Of a stretch of 64,000 nt of DNA, positions 40,598 through 52,117 are shown piece by piece (position 1 is the first letter of the stretch; each line of letters starts with the position of its first letter). The position numbers were made by a program, and so were the translations under genes. The stretch is taken from positions 435,212 through 499,211 of the forward strand of contig JBNGIO010006370.1 in the NCBI GenBank assembly GCA_049999805.1, given 5' to 3'. The notes below the pieces were generated by a model. That model saw nothing but the letters and a program-made list of their open reading frames with translations. It was not told where the DNA came from and did not search any database. Source of the stretch: Folioceros fuciformis. Its lineage: Eukaryota.

Positions 40598-41967
40598 AGG
40601 CTACCAGGGCACTAACTTGGTTGTAGGGACAGAAGGAGGTAGAAGTACAAGAGAAGCTGGTAGAGCAACTGGAATGGTCGAGGTCGAAGCGAGTCGGCAG
40701 CAACTGGAAGAAAGTCTGTAAACCCTGAGTGCAGCCAAGGAGCAAGCAGAAGAGGAAGCCCGTCGAGCTCGAGAGAGAAAGTGTAAATGCTCGAGGAGGG
40801 AGCTCGAGAGGAAGTGCAGATGCTGAAGGAGCTACAGGAACTACTTCTGGCTCAGGTGGGCTTCTCTCACCTGGGGCTTCTGGCTCAGGTGAGAGAAGCC
40901 CATAGGACAGGAATTATTGAAGGCTGAGGAACAGGAAGCGTCTGCTGTGGAGAGAGTGCAAACGCTTGTGGACAGGTACAAGCGGGAATAGGACGAAGAC
41001 CGGAGCCGAGTGAAAAAAGGAAGGGCAGGAGGCCAGGTAGTCGAGTTGCAGCGGAGGCAACCGAAGAGGCTATTAGTGGGTTTGCAGAGGGTAGGGAGGC
41101 CGGAATAAGCCCACGGGAGGTAAGCTTGACTGTACATGAGGAGGGAGTTAAGCTTGACTGTACATGAGGAGGGAGTAAGCTTGACTGCACATGTGCGTGT
41201 GGGACTAGGAGGGCTTAGAACCCGCAGGGGTCTTCTACCACGAGTGTGGGGACTGCCTCCCTACTATTCAGAGGGAGATCCTGGAAGAGTTGACGGAGGA
41301 CGAGGCGTAGAGAGAAAGGGGAGCCGTGCTCATCCTCAGCAGCAGCGGACGGAGGAGAGAAGGAGTTAGTCTAATGCCAGTCCCGGCGGATATGCGTGGA
41401 GGCCCTACGAGCCAGCGCTCACGCTTGCATGGACGCGATTATTCAACCAATACGCCAGAAGATGGCCAACTTCACTGAGCAGGTCCGTAAAGCCTCCACG
41501 CCTTATGATTAATGGAGGTGCATCGGAGCGTCCCTGCTGTGACAGGATTCCTGACGCTTGTAAACCATACTGTCAGACGGTTGCACGTGTTGTTGAGAAA
41601 AGACTTTTTTAGCATCGTCATCAAGACTCCAACGCAACCAACACGACTGCTGATGCGTCTGCTCGAACCCGGCCACCATGACGTGACGATTCCGGCAACC
41701 ATCGTCACCAGGTTGCATCAAAGTGAAATGAGATGAAAAGCCTATGGAAGGGATGGGGGACAGCCTTGAAAACACCACTCGAGATGTACTGTACTGGGGA
41801 GTGATGCTGTCTGTTCGAGAACAGCCGAGCTGTTACAACGAACGGTGAAACGCCTTGAAGATGTCTGGAGAGCAAGCGTTCGAAGCCAACCAACTCTGGC
41901 AAGTGCATGGGAATGGGCCACGCACGTTTCGACACTGGAAGCACTGGACTTCACGAAAGGGGAGAAT

Positions 41968-43224
41968 TTAACTTTCACGTTGTCTCTTCCTCGCTAAGTA
42001 CCTTTCTCTGGCAGACAATATTTGGCTGTCTCTGTTCATCTCCTGAGGAGGCTTTTGCTCCGTGTTTGCCACGGATGCTCCGTCCTTGGCAACTACCTTT
42101 TCCCCTTCCGAGGCCGCATCGTCAGCTACTGACGCTCTTTCAATTTTAAGTTCAGTCCCAGCGGCAGCGTCTTCCCGTTTCTCTGGACCACCCTGCTCCG
42201 TATTTTCTTCGACAGGCCTGCTGGGTGAAGGTGAGGGAGCCCGATCAGCAGATTCTGCTCCTACCCCTGCTCTAGTTTTGCCAGCCTCCAGTCTCTCAGC
42301 CTCGGAAGGTGTGGGGACCTTCTCACCACTTTCACTCCTTCCTGCTCCGAAGGCCACGTTCTTCCCCATCAAATTTCGGTAGAAATCACTAAGGTCAGAC
42401 TTTTTCGTAACCTGCCACAATTTCCAAATCGCAACAGCAACATGGTCAGATAACATGGCTCCCAGCTTCCATCCACCACACAACCATTTCGTGAACAGCC
42501 AACCGCTCTACCTCTTCTGCTTGATCACGAAGCTCTCTCCGCCGTTCCTCTTCCACCCACTTCGCCTGCTCAGCCAACTTCTTCTTGTAAGCACTTGTCA
42601 CAAATTTTTCCTTGTCCCTGTACAAGTCATCTTCCTTCATGCGCTCCTTGAGAAGAATTTTCTCGCGCACGATCTCCTGCTCTTGTGCACGGGCTTTTGC
42701 CTTCTCCACAAGCTTCCCGATGTACTTGGACTATTCGTCAACAAAACAACAGCTGCAGGTAAGTCAACCAGCTCTCCCACAGGACCTCAATCAAAGTGAC
42801 ATCACCGGGTAAGGTGAAGCACACAAGCTTACTTCTCGCTGCGCCCGGTCCTGCAAAATTGGCCGAACTTGCTGATCCTTCATGCTGTCGTAGACAGCAT
42901 CGTAGTCGAACACATTTGGATCCTCCTCCAGAGCGCGCTTCTGCTGCTCCTCAGCCTGATCACGAAGACCAAAACACTCAGCTACGCGGCATCACTGCAG
43001 GAAGCTTCCCTGAGTGCATCCATTAGGACAAGCACAGAACTCCATACCTCCCGAACGGATCTCTTCTTGAGAGCTTGACGAAGCTGTTCCTCCTCCACCG
43101 TATCCTCGTCATCCTCACCAAAGACAGAAGGTAAAGCCACGGGTTTCTTGACAGGCTTCTTGCTCTGTGCAGCAACGGGCGCCCGCAGATGCAATCCATA
43201 CTTTTTCCCTCCTGTAAACTCCAT
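41968..43224 (-). CDS. NSRP1: Nuclear speckle splicing regulatory protein 1 (NSRP1/CCDC55, DUF2040), multi-exon
   Basis: KKYGLHLR, ALEEDPNVFDYDAVYDSM, SKYIGKL, DKEKFVTSAYKKKL, DLSDFYRNL, SARERYLARK. Confidence 0.9.
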
Positions 43225-43532
43225 GGCACTGGCTTAGGGTTCCCTTCTCCTGTCAAATGTGAAAGCTATTGCATATGGGTATAGAAACGAGAAGAATTTT
43301 ACACAATGTATCACAAAAAAAAAGTAGATAGCTTTATCCCTTTCCTGAGATAAGAAATCCAATGAACTAAGAACTTCGTATAGGACAACTCATACCATGG
43401 TATTCTAGCTACTGGCACCATGCGGGGGACCCATTCAAGTATCGATCCAAACGCACGAGGCTCTTAGATTCTCAGAAACTTGAGCCCATTCGGCCAAAGC
43501 CATTGGGAAGCACATTGGTGTATGGAGGTTTG

Positions 43533-46118
43533 ATGTTGTGGACAGCTGCTGGATTTCGCAGCGTCCCGCGAGAGGAAATGCACCAGCTTCACTTAAGGGC
43601 GTGGCGCACAAGATCACCTTGGTCCACTACAGACAGGAGCACGAGATGCCCATGCAGCTGTGCGGCCCGTTACGGAGACGGGTAGTTTGACATTCCTAAG
43701 CGATCCGTCTACAATTTCTCGTCATGAACGATGTGCTGATGCTGACTTTCTTCTGATTCTCATTGGGTGACCTATCCTCCTTGCAGGAATGATTCTGCAT
43801 ATGTCCATGGCTTGAACGTCCTCTGCCAGGAGGAAGGGCTTGACCCGGGATTTGCTGCCCAGCAGCAAGGAAGTGTGCTCTTGTACAGGAATCTTTTGCA
43901 GTTGTGCACCAGAAACAAGGACCTTTTAAAGGCCAAGCAGGTACATGCTCATTTGGCAAAGCATGGGTGGGAATCCAACATTTTCCTCAGCGACTTGCTA
44001 GTCACAACATTGGTGAATTGTGGGGGCCTTGCAGATGGGCTTCCACTGTTTCAAAGGTTGTCACACCGCAACGTTTTCTCCTGGACTGCCATCATTTCAG
44101 GCTTCATCGATGCTGGACGATGCCAGGATGCTCTCATGTGCTATGAGCAGATGCAAGGGGAGGGTGTGCAGCCCAACAGTTATACATTCGTCGTTTTACT
44201 GAAAGCCTGCAGCAAGTTACAAGACCTGGAGGGGGGGAAGCGGATCCATGCAGATGTGTGCAGACATGGGGCTGAAAGTGATGTGTTCGTGGCCAGTAGC
44301 TTGGTTAGTATGTATTCAAAGTGCGGGAGCATCATGGATGCACGGCAGGTCTTCGATGGGTTGCCCTACCCTGATGTTGTGGCCTGGAATTCCATGCTCG
44401 CCGCATATGCTCAACAGGATCGAGGAGAGGAGGCCCTCAACATATTTTGGGGAATGATTGAACAAGGGTTCACTCCACAGGCGAGGACGTTTGTCAATGC
44501 TATTCAAGCTTGTGGCAGTCTCAAAGCCGAGGAGGACAGTGTTCTTGTGGATGGCCACATCGCCAGCGTGAAGGTACTGCATGTCGGAAAGGTAATACAT
44601 ACGCTGGCTGCTGCGCACGAGTTCGAGTCAAATATTTTCATTGGCAACAGCTTGGTCAGCATGTATGCAAAATGTGGGAGCATCAAGGATGCGGAAAACG
44701 TGTTTCACAGATTGTCTCGACGCAATGTGGTGTCATGGTCTGCAATGATCGCAGCCTATGCCCACCTGGACCAAGCAGATGACGCGCTGAGGATGTATAG
44801 GCAAATGCAGAATAAAGGAGTGAGAGCAGGTGCAAGGACATTTGTCAGCGCTCTCCAAGCATGTGGCAGCCTAGCAGAACAAGAGGCTATCGCACTTGTG
44901 GATGGGCGGAAGGTGAAGATAGGGTGCTTGCAAATGGGGAAGGAGATCCATGTTGCAGCCAGTGATCGGGGGTTCGGTTCAGATGTGTTTGTTGGTAGCA
45001 CTCTAGTCAGTATGTACGCAAAGTGTGGGAGCATTAGGGATGCCGATGCTGCCTTTGCGACCTTGTCAGGTCGCAATCTGGTGACATGGAATGCCATTAT
45101 TTCAGCTCATGCTCAGGAGGAGGATGGGGGAAAGGCTTTGCAACTGTATGCCCAGATGCAAGCCGAGGGTGTGAAGCCGGATGAGGGTACATTTGTCTCT
45201 GTCCTGGAAGCATGCAGTAACTCAGGAGCCTTAGGCATGTCTACGCGCATCCACGAGAAAATCGTGGAAAGTGGATTGCAGTACAATCGCCGTGTGGCAA
45301 ACTGCCTGATTCATGCATACAGCAAATGTGGAAGCATGGTGGAAGCGCAGCAGGTGTTCAATTCAGTGCCTCACCCAGATGTCGTATCATGGAGTGCAAT
45401 GATTTCTGGGTATGCTGGGGCAGGAAAGTGGGAGGTGTGTGTGGAACTCTTTGATGAGATGCGTAGAGCAGGCGTGCAAGCAAATGGCGTTACATTTCTG
45501 GCACTTCTTTCAGCATGCAATCATGCTGGCATGGTGGACAAGGGGCTGGAGTACTTTGAAAGCATGAGTAGAATTCATGGCATTTGCGCTGGCCTTGAGC
45601 ACTATTCTTGTGTGATTGATCTCCTGGGACGTTCAGGACGGCTCCGCGAAGCAGAGGAACTGCTTGCCCAAATGCCGATGCAGCCTGATTTACCCGTTTG
45701 GTCCTCTTTACTAGCTTCCTGTAGAAAGCACGGTGATGTGACTCTAGGACTGCGAGCATTTCTGGGTGCTGTGGAGTTGGAACCCGGACATGCTGCGGCC
45801 TATGCGATCATGTCAAACATCTTGGCTGATGCCGGCATGTGTGAGTGTGCGAAGATGGTGGATGACTTAAGGGAGCAGGCCTTTGCACGGAAGAGGAAGG
45901 CTGGCATGACCTGGATAGAGCACGAGAAGGAGGTGCATACATTCAAGGTGGAAGACCGCAGGCATCATCAATATCCCTTGCTGTGTGGAATCCTTGCAGG
46001 TTTGACATCAGCGCTAGAGGAGGCTGGCAACATCCCGGAAGCGAGCTTGCTTACATATCCACGGGCATCCGAGGCTGCTGATGTACAGAGGCACACGAAA
46101 ATGTCGGTCTTCAGGTGA
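43533..46118 (+). CDS. PLS-class PPR protein with LL-type extended L motifs, E1-E2-E+, no catalytic DYW; 2 exons
   Basis: Exon 43533-43681 (transit-peptide-like) splices via a GT-AG intron 43682-43786 into ORF 43767-46118. Ends KAGMTWIE...AGNIP with no HxE/CxxC. Confidence 0.88.
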
Positions 46119-46139
46119 AAGGACGGTGATCGGTGATCA

Positions 46140-46335
46140 CAGATGCAGCCCTCCCCGATGCAGCAGCGTGTTAGCCAGCCTGCACCATGTGTGCACTGCG
46201 TGTCGTGGATTTGAAACCAGACAGGCTGCCGATTGGATCGTTTCTGTTCATGAGCGTTGTGAATTTGAAACTAGACCGGGTGCGGCCTATGTGGTCATGT
46301 CAGACATCTTCGGCGATGCCGGCTGTAAATGCACG
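46140..46335 (+). pseudogene. Degenerate second copy of a PPR E1/E2 segment
   Basis: GAAYVVMSDIFGDAGCKC versus AAAYAIMSNILADAGMCEC in the upstream gene; frameshifted. Confidence 0.55.
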
Positions 46336-46550
46336 GTGGAACATCAAAAGGAATCATCGAGAGCCATTGCAGTATGGGACGCTGGCAGGTGTGAAATCAG
46401 AGGTAAAGGAGGCTGGACATTCTACTGGCTGCCAAAATCTGGTCCCTTTCACATGGTTCTCACACCATGTAACGCCTAGGTAACGTGTGCTGGCGGTCTA
46501 CGAACTATCGGCCAGCAGCTAGCATGATCCGCTGATTGCTGGTTGACAAG

Positions 46551-48539
46551 TTACCTGCTCCCTCTGTATTCGTCGCCGCAGTCACCAATGACTGTCAAAA
46601 GGTCCTTGCCTTTAGCTGTCACGGCTTCTATCCTCTGACGGTCCTCATCATCCAACTGCAGGCTAAAAATTGCCTGAGAGTCCTTGATGTGCTCCGAAAG
46701 ACCCAGCCTTACACCCACCATAGATCCCGCAACAGCAGGCTGCAAAGCAACAGACGATGTTTCTTTTCACATTTTTCTGTCCAGAAGCACGATGATATGG
46801 AGACAACAAGGCCCTCGAAATCCACAGGCTGTTGTGGTAAAGAGATTACCTGGTCAAGAATGTACCGGACAGCAACAGTAGCAATGGGAACTCCATGCTT
46901 GCTACCAATATCTTTGCAAGTGCGCAAAAGCTCTTGAAACAACTTCCAACCTCCCCAAGCATCCACCATCTGCTAATGCAAAGATGTGAACTTAATGCAA
47001 CCTCATCAGAGACACGTGGAAGTAATTGACCTGGTTAGGAAGAAACGCACTCTCTTGTACTTGTTCAAGGAGGGAGTGTCAAGAGCAGGTCCGGCAAACG
47101 GGATAGAAATGTTGGCATCCAGGAACTTGTCAGAGAGAAGACCACCCATCACAGTGCCATATCTGCGTGCATGAGGAGGTGTGGGTGTTGAAATCGGAAT
47201 GACCACCTAGTACATGAACTTGACTCTTATCTGCAGTTACGTACGTGATGAGCTTGACGCCAGTGACATTGCAGAGCTCTGCCATCGCCCTCTGCGGTCT
47301 CATGTCTACCAGCGAGTGTTGTACCTGCGGGATCAAGTGAACAGCAACGCACACCCAGTCAGAAGCATTTTCCTTGTCCAGTAGTACTCAGCCAAACGAG
47401 CAACAGTCGTCTGGACTCCACATCCTAACCTGATTGCTAACGATGGGAATGCCATTCTCCAGAATAATCTGCAGTCTTTTGGTGTCGAAGTTTGTCAAAG
47501 CCACCGTCTTGATTTTGCCTGCAAAGACAATTGTCAGCATAGTCACTGGATTGTAAGAGATGCCCATATACTCAGTGCAAGCAAATACTCGACGTGGAGG
47601 AGAAGAATAAGTCACCTTCCTCTTTGAGATCGGTCAGATGTTTTAATGCATCCAGGTATCCGGGATTTGCGTAGTCCCACCTGCAATGCCAGACACATGC
47701 CATGATTTGAGCATTCCACATTAAGCGTCCTCTGTAGACCTATGAGCGAGTCAGCAAACGTGATGCTGACAACAAGTACCAGTGAAATTGCAACATATCC
47801 AGGCACTGCACGTCCATACGTTTACGAGACCTATCGATATTGGCCTCCACGAGGTTCCTGGTCATCCTCCCTGGAGGAGGCACCCACTTAGTGAGCCTGT
47901 GAAACCAGAAGGATGGACGAAGTGTTGAAGAATCGCAGGTGAGAAAAGGCATGCATCCATTGAGGAACTTGGAGACGACAAGAGGGGACGATTTAAGAAA
48001 GGAGCATACCCCTGGACACTTGCTGCCACATCTTCTCCTCGCTCTCTTCGAACTCTGTTGATGAGGACTCCATACAGATCCTCAGCCGGGCCATCTGCTC
48101 TCTCAGAAGAATACGACCCCGATGATCAGGCACAGCATCTACAACGATGAATTCCAACACCGAGCCATGATCCACCAGGAGACATACAGTGATCTGCCAT
48201 GTCGAAAGTGGTGAAACCCGCATCCACGTGCCGGAGCATGGCATCTACAGCCTTTGGAGGATCGATTTTGCCCCAGCCCCCGCTTGTCTGCCACAGTCCA
48301 TTGATCACTCGGCATATTTCCAGCTTGTCCTCCCCGCTGCTCACAGCAATCCGCCTGGGGTCGACAGGAGCATTGGCTGGAAGAACCTCAGACGCTTGCT
48401 GCACCTGGCTCCTAGCTGCCAACCTTCTCATCCCCGCACAACGTGCTGAAGGAAAATTCACCTTCCACATCATCGTGCCCGACGTGGAGGAATGCAGCCA
48501 GGATAAGGGCACCGACGACCCACAAGAGCAGGAAGCCAT
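46551..48539 (-). CDS. Plastid-type aldo-keto reductase (At2g27680/RSP5-like subfamily), multi-exon
   Basis: ICRVINGLWQTSGGWG, AGFTTFDMADH, LTKWVP, LDMLQFHW, GKIKTVALTNFDT, YGTVMGGLLSDKFL, IGDCGDEYR. Confidence 0.9.
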
Positions 48540-48807
48540 CGTCTTCGATGTTGTTTGGAGCGGATAGCACAGAAAGGCTTCTAATAGATACACTGCCAGG
48601 AAGGCAGCGTGACGAGGCAAGCGACTGTGTGGACGGGTCTCGTCACACTAGACAGGATTTGCTCTCGCCTTTCTGACTACCACCATGGCGGTGCATTCGT
48701 ATCTTTCGATTATCCGTGTGCTTGCTGCTTTCCAGGCTATTAGGCAGAGACATCCTTCCTCGCCAGACTCAAACCTGTTGTGTGTGGCAAGTGACCAGTG
48801 GTTTCAT

Positions 48808-51348
48808 TTACAGTTCATTTTGCAAATTTGTGGGTGCAGGGTTTGAATGATTTGTCATGGAAGAAGTGGCGAGCTTTGGGACATACCCTGCGCTCTCCAA
48901 TACAGGAAGAAGCTGCTTCAGCATTGCATGTATAACGTCGGTTTCGGGGTGGCTTGTACCTCCAGCCTCAAAGGTATGCACCAGCCCCTGCATGTCTGTC
49001 CACCAGCTCTGGCCTGGCTGCTTCAATGCACCGATTTCCATTCTCTTTCCTTGCACCTCTTGTGCCTCTTCCTGCATCTGGGCACTCGTATATATGCTGG
49101 ACATCAAGACGTATGCTGCAGCATCTCTTTCGTCCAGCTTCAATGCCTCATGGAAAGCCTGGCGTCCCACCTCCACGTTGTTCCACTTCCGGCAGGCACC
49201 CAACAGGGCGTGCCAGACTGCATCATATGGCTTTACGGGCATTGTGCTCACCAACGATAGTGCCTCATCTACTTGGCCTGCACGACCCAGAAGGTCTGTC
49301 ATGCATGAAAAGTGTTCGGGAGTGGGAGTGACGCAGTAGTGATAGCTCATAGCCTCGAAGTACTCTCGCCCTGCGTTTACTAGACCCCCATGGCTACACA
49401 CTGTTAGAACATTGAGGAATGTGATGTCGTCCGGCTGTATGCCATCCTGTGTCATTCTGTGAAACAAATCAAAGACCACTGCACTGTCCCCTTGCCGGGT
49501 GTATCCTGCAATGAGAGCATTCCAACCTACGATGTCTCGTTCTGGCAATACATCAAACACCTGCTGTGCATCCAGCATACTCCCAGACTTTGCGTACATG
49601 TTTATTAGACTATTCAGTACAGTCACATCAGTTTGAAGCCCTTGTTCCTCAATCTGGGCGTGAAGCTGTCGCCCTAAATGCAAAGCTGCCACACCTGCGC
49701 AAGCTTGCAGGAGGCACACAAATGTCACAACAGACAAACGTGCAGCCATGCCTTCTTGGTGCATAGCACCGTAGAGACCGAGGGCTTCCTGACCCATGCC
49801 CATCTGGGAATATCCAGCTATAAGAGCTGTCCAGGTTACCACATCCTTTTGAGGAAGCCTGACAAACACGCTATGAGCCTCGTGTAGGCTACCGCACTTG
49901 GCATACATGTTCACCAGGCTGCAACCTACCACCACATCAAACTGAAGACCTCTGGCTCTAATCAGAGAATGAAGCTGCTTCCCTGTTTCCAAAGCCGGTG
50001 TACCAAGACTTGCACATGCCTGCAAGAGGCACACAAATGTCACGGAATCGGGTGCAACGAGGCCTCGTTCTTGCATGACACTGTACAGGTGAAGGGCTTC
50101 CTGACCCATGCCCTGCTGAGAATATCCTGCTATCAGGGCATTCCAGGTAATAACATCTTTCTCACCAAGTCCATCAAACACGTGCTGAGCATCCTGGAGG
50201 CTGCCACACTTGGCGTACATGTTCACCAGGCTGCAGCCTACAACTACATCAACACGAAGTCCTCGTTCTCCAATCAGTGCATGAAACTCCTTCCCCTTCT
50301 CCAAAGCTGAGACACCCAGGCTTGCACAGGCGTGCAGAAGGCCCGCAAACGTCACACAGTCAGGTGCAGTCATGCCCTCTTTTTGCATCACAGCGAAAAG
50401 ATGGAGAGCTTCTTGGCCCATGCCCTGCTTGGAATACGCTGTTATCATGGCATTCCATGTCACAACATCTTTTTGCCTCAGTCCCAAAAACACTCTTTCA
50501 GCATCGTCCAAGCTCCCACACTTCGCATACATGTCCACCAGGCAATTACCAACAAATAAATCCGACTCAACTCCACTGGCCACCACATCAGCATGCACCA
50601 ACTGCCCCGTTTTCAAATCTGCTCCTTTTGCACAAGCCTGCAGACCTGCCACAAAAACATGCGCATCCGGCTTCACACCTGATTTGCGCATTTGCTGGTA
50701 GAGTTGTATGGCCTCCTTAGTCCTTGCACGCTTAACCAACGCAGAGATCATGGAGGACCACATGAAGGCATCTGGTTCGGCAACCATGGTGAACACATCC
50801 ATCGCTTCTTGCAACCTGCCATGAGAAGCATACATCCTGAGGATGTGGTTGCCCAACAGGGTGTTGGACTCGTACCCCTTCTTCACGGTGAGGGCATGGA
50901 CACGGCGACCCAAAACCAGATCCCCTTTCACCACACATTCTTTGAGCACACTATAGAATCGAGTGTGGGAGACAGGACAGTCTGTGTCCACCAGAACGCC
51001 GAGAGCCTCAACGGCCTGCATGCGCTTCCGCTGCTGACATAGTCTAGTCACGGTCTCCTCTGTTGCGCTTCCTTCGGATCTTACAAGCCTACGAGAGCCC
51101 GAATCATTCACCCTTGCTGGATTGCGCATATACAACCAGAGGACGTTGTCAGGCTCCAGGTGGCGGGATGTCACGTTTGCAGGGTTGGTGCAATGGGTGT
51201 CGTTCTCTGCCCACGCCACCCGCCTAAAAGCCAGATGACCAGGAGGCGTTTCTGGAACATATACTTGTTGGATGCAGCAGAAATGTGTCCCCATTACATC
51301 GTGCTGGCCAGTGCGAGGGTAGTATTGTGTTACGCTCCAGGCAGCCAT
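48808..51348 (-). CDS. PLS-class PPR protein with E1-E2 and a truncated WW-type PG-box/E+ (no catalytic site); intronless
   Basis: ATG at 51348 (MAAWSV); about 17 PLS motifs; KQPGQSWWTD...SHP...GYVP, then stop before HxE. Confidence 0.9.
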   Translation of the reverse strand: MAAWSVTQYYPRTGQHDVMGTHFCCIQQVYVPETPPGHLAFRRVAWAENDTHCTNPANVTSRHLEPDNVLWLYMRNPARVNDSGSRRLVRSEGSATEETVTRLCQQRKRMQAVEALGVLVDTDCPVSHTRFYSVLKECVVKGDLVLGRRVHALTVKKGYESNTLLGNHILRMYASHGRLQEAMDVFTMVAEPDAFMWSSMISALVKRARTKEAIQLYQQMRKSGVKPDAHVFVAGLQACAKGADLKTGQLVHADVVASGVESDLFVGNCLVDMYAKCGSLDDAERVFLGLRQKDVVTWNAMITAYSKQGMGQEALHLFAVMQKEGMTAPDCVTFAGLLHACASLGVSALEKGKEFHALIGERGLRVDVVVGCSLVNMYAKCGSLQDAQHVFDGLGEKDVITWNALIAGYSQQGMGQEALHLYSVMQERGLVAPDSVTFVCLLQACASLGTPALETGKQLHSLIRARGLQFDVVVGCSLVNMYAKCGSLHEAHSVFVRLPQKDVVTWTALIAGYSQMGMGQEALGLYGAMHQEGMAARLSVVTFVCLLQACAGVAALHLGRQLHAQIEEQGLQTDVTVLNSLINMYAKSGSMLDAQQVFDVLPERDIVGWNALIAGYTRQGDSAVVFDLFHRMTQDGIQPDDITFLNVLTVCSHGGLVNAGREYFEAMSYHYCVTPTPEHFSCMTDLLGRAGQVDEALSLVSTMPVKPYDAVWHALLGACRKWNNVEVGRQAFHEALKLDERDAAAYVLMSSIYTSAQMQEEAQEVQGKRMEIGALKQPGQSWWTDMQGLVHTFEAGGTSHPETDVIHAMLKQLLPVLESAGYVPKLATSSMTNHSNPAPTNLQNEL

Positions 51349-52117
51349 GACAACTCTTAAAACATATGGAAAGGCCAGGAAGACTTGCCAGATCTGATGG
51401 GACACCGAGCTGCCCAGCAAATCAAACACCCCTTTTGTACTTTCTGAGCTACAAATCTGCTAGTACAACGAAAAATGTGCAGATGGTTCTGCCTGGAGCT
51501 GTCTCAAGCGCAAGTACTTAGGCTCATGAGATGAATTCGATTTGCATTGAACCTGGGAAACCTTGGACTCTGAGTGCCGGGGTACTGCTGTCAGTCTATG
51601 CAAGACTCTGACTGTAAATAGTTGTCCGCAACTCATTATCAAGTACTTCGCAAACGCTTTTGTCTACAATCCTTGCCCCTTCCTCAGCTAGATAATTCAA
51701 TGCTCAGTAATGGAGACAATGTCCAGTTTTTCAAATGTCCAGAGTTCGTGAATTTCTCACATCAGCCACCGAAGCTCTTGCCATCCTCATACAAGGAGGA
51801 GCTCAGAAGCCAGTTCTCTGGAAACAATGCCTCCATGGGCGTGTGGGACTTCCACCTAAACCCATCATTGAAGGTTTTGCCATCCTGCAGACATGGATGG
51901 TATCCCAAGCTTTTCTTGGAACTCACCATACTTGGGCCCTGGGGGTTTTGGAAGATTTCTTACGTCTGTCATTGGAGCTCGTGCAATTCCCACGCAGACA
52001 AAGAATCAATGATGTTCAGCATGCTGAGGTGCAGGGATGGCACGTAAGGATTTCGCGACTCTGCATGTAGCCGATGAGCCTGGACGCCCTCAAGGTACAT
52101 ATATTACCAAAACATTG

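Noticed and set aside
51460-52070. Short ORFs between the two minus-strand PPR genes
   Set aside because: No motif or consistent splice structure could be recognised.
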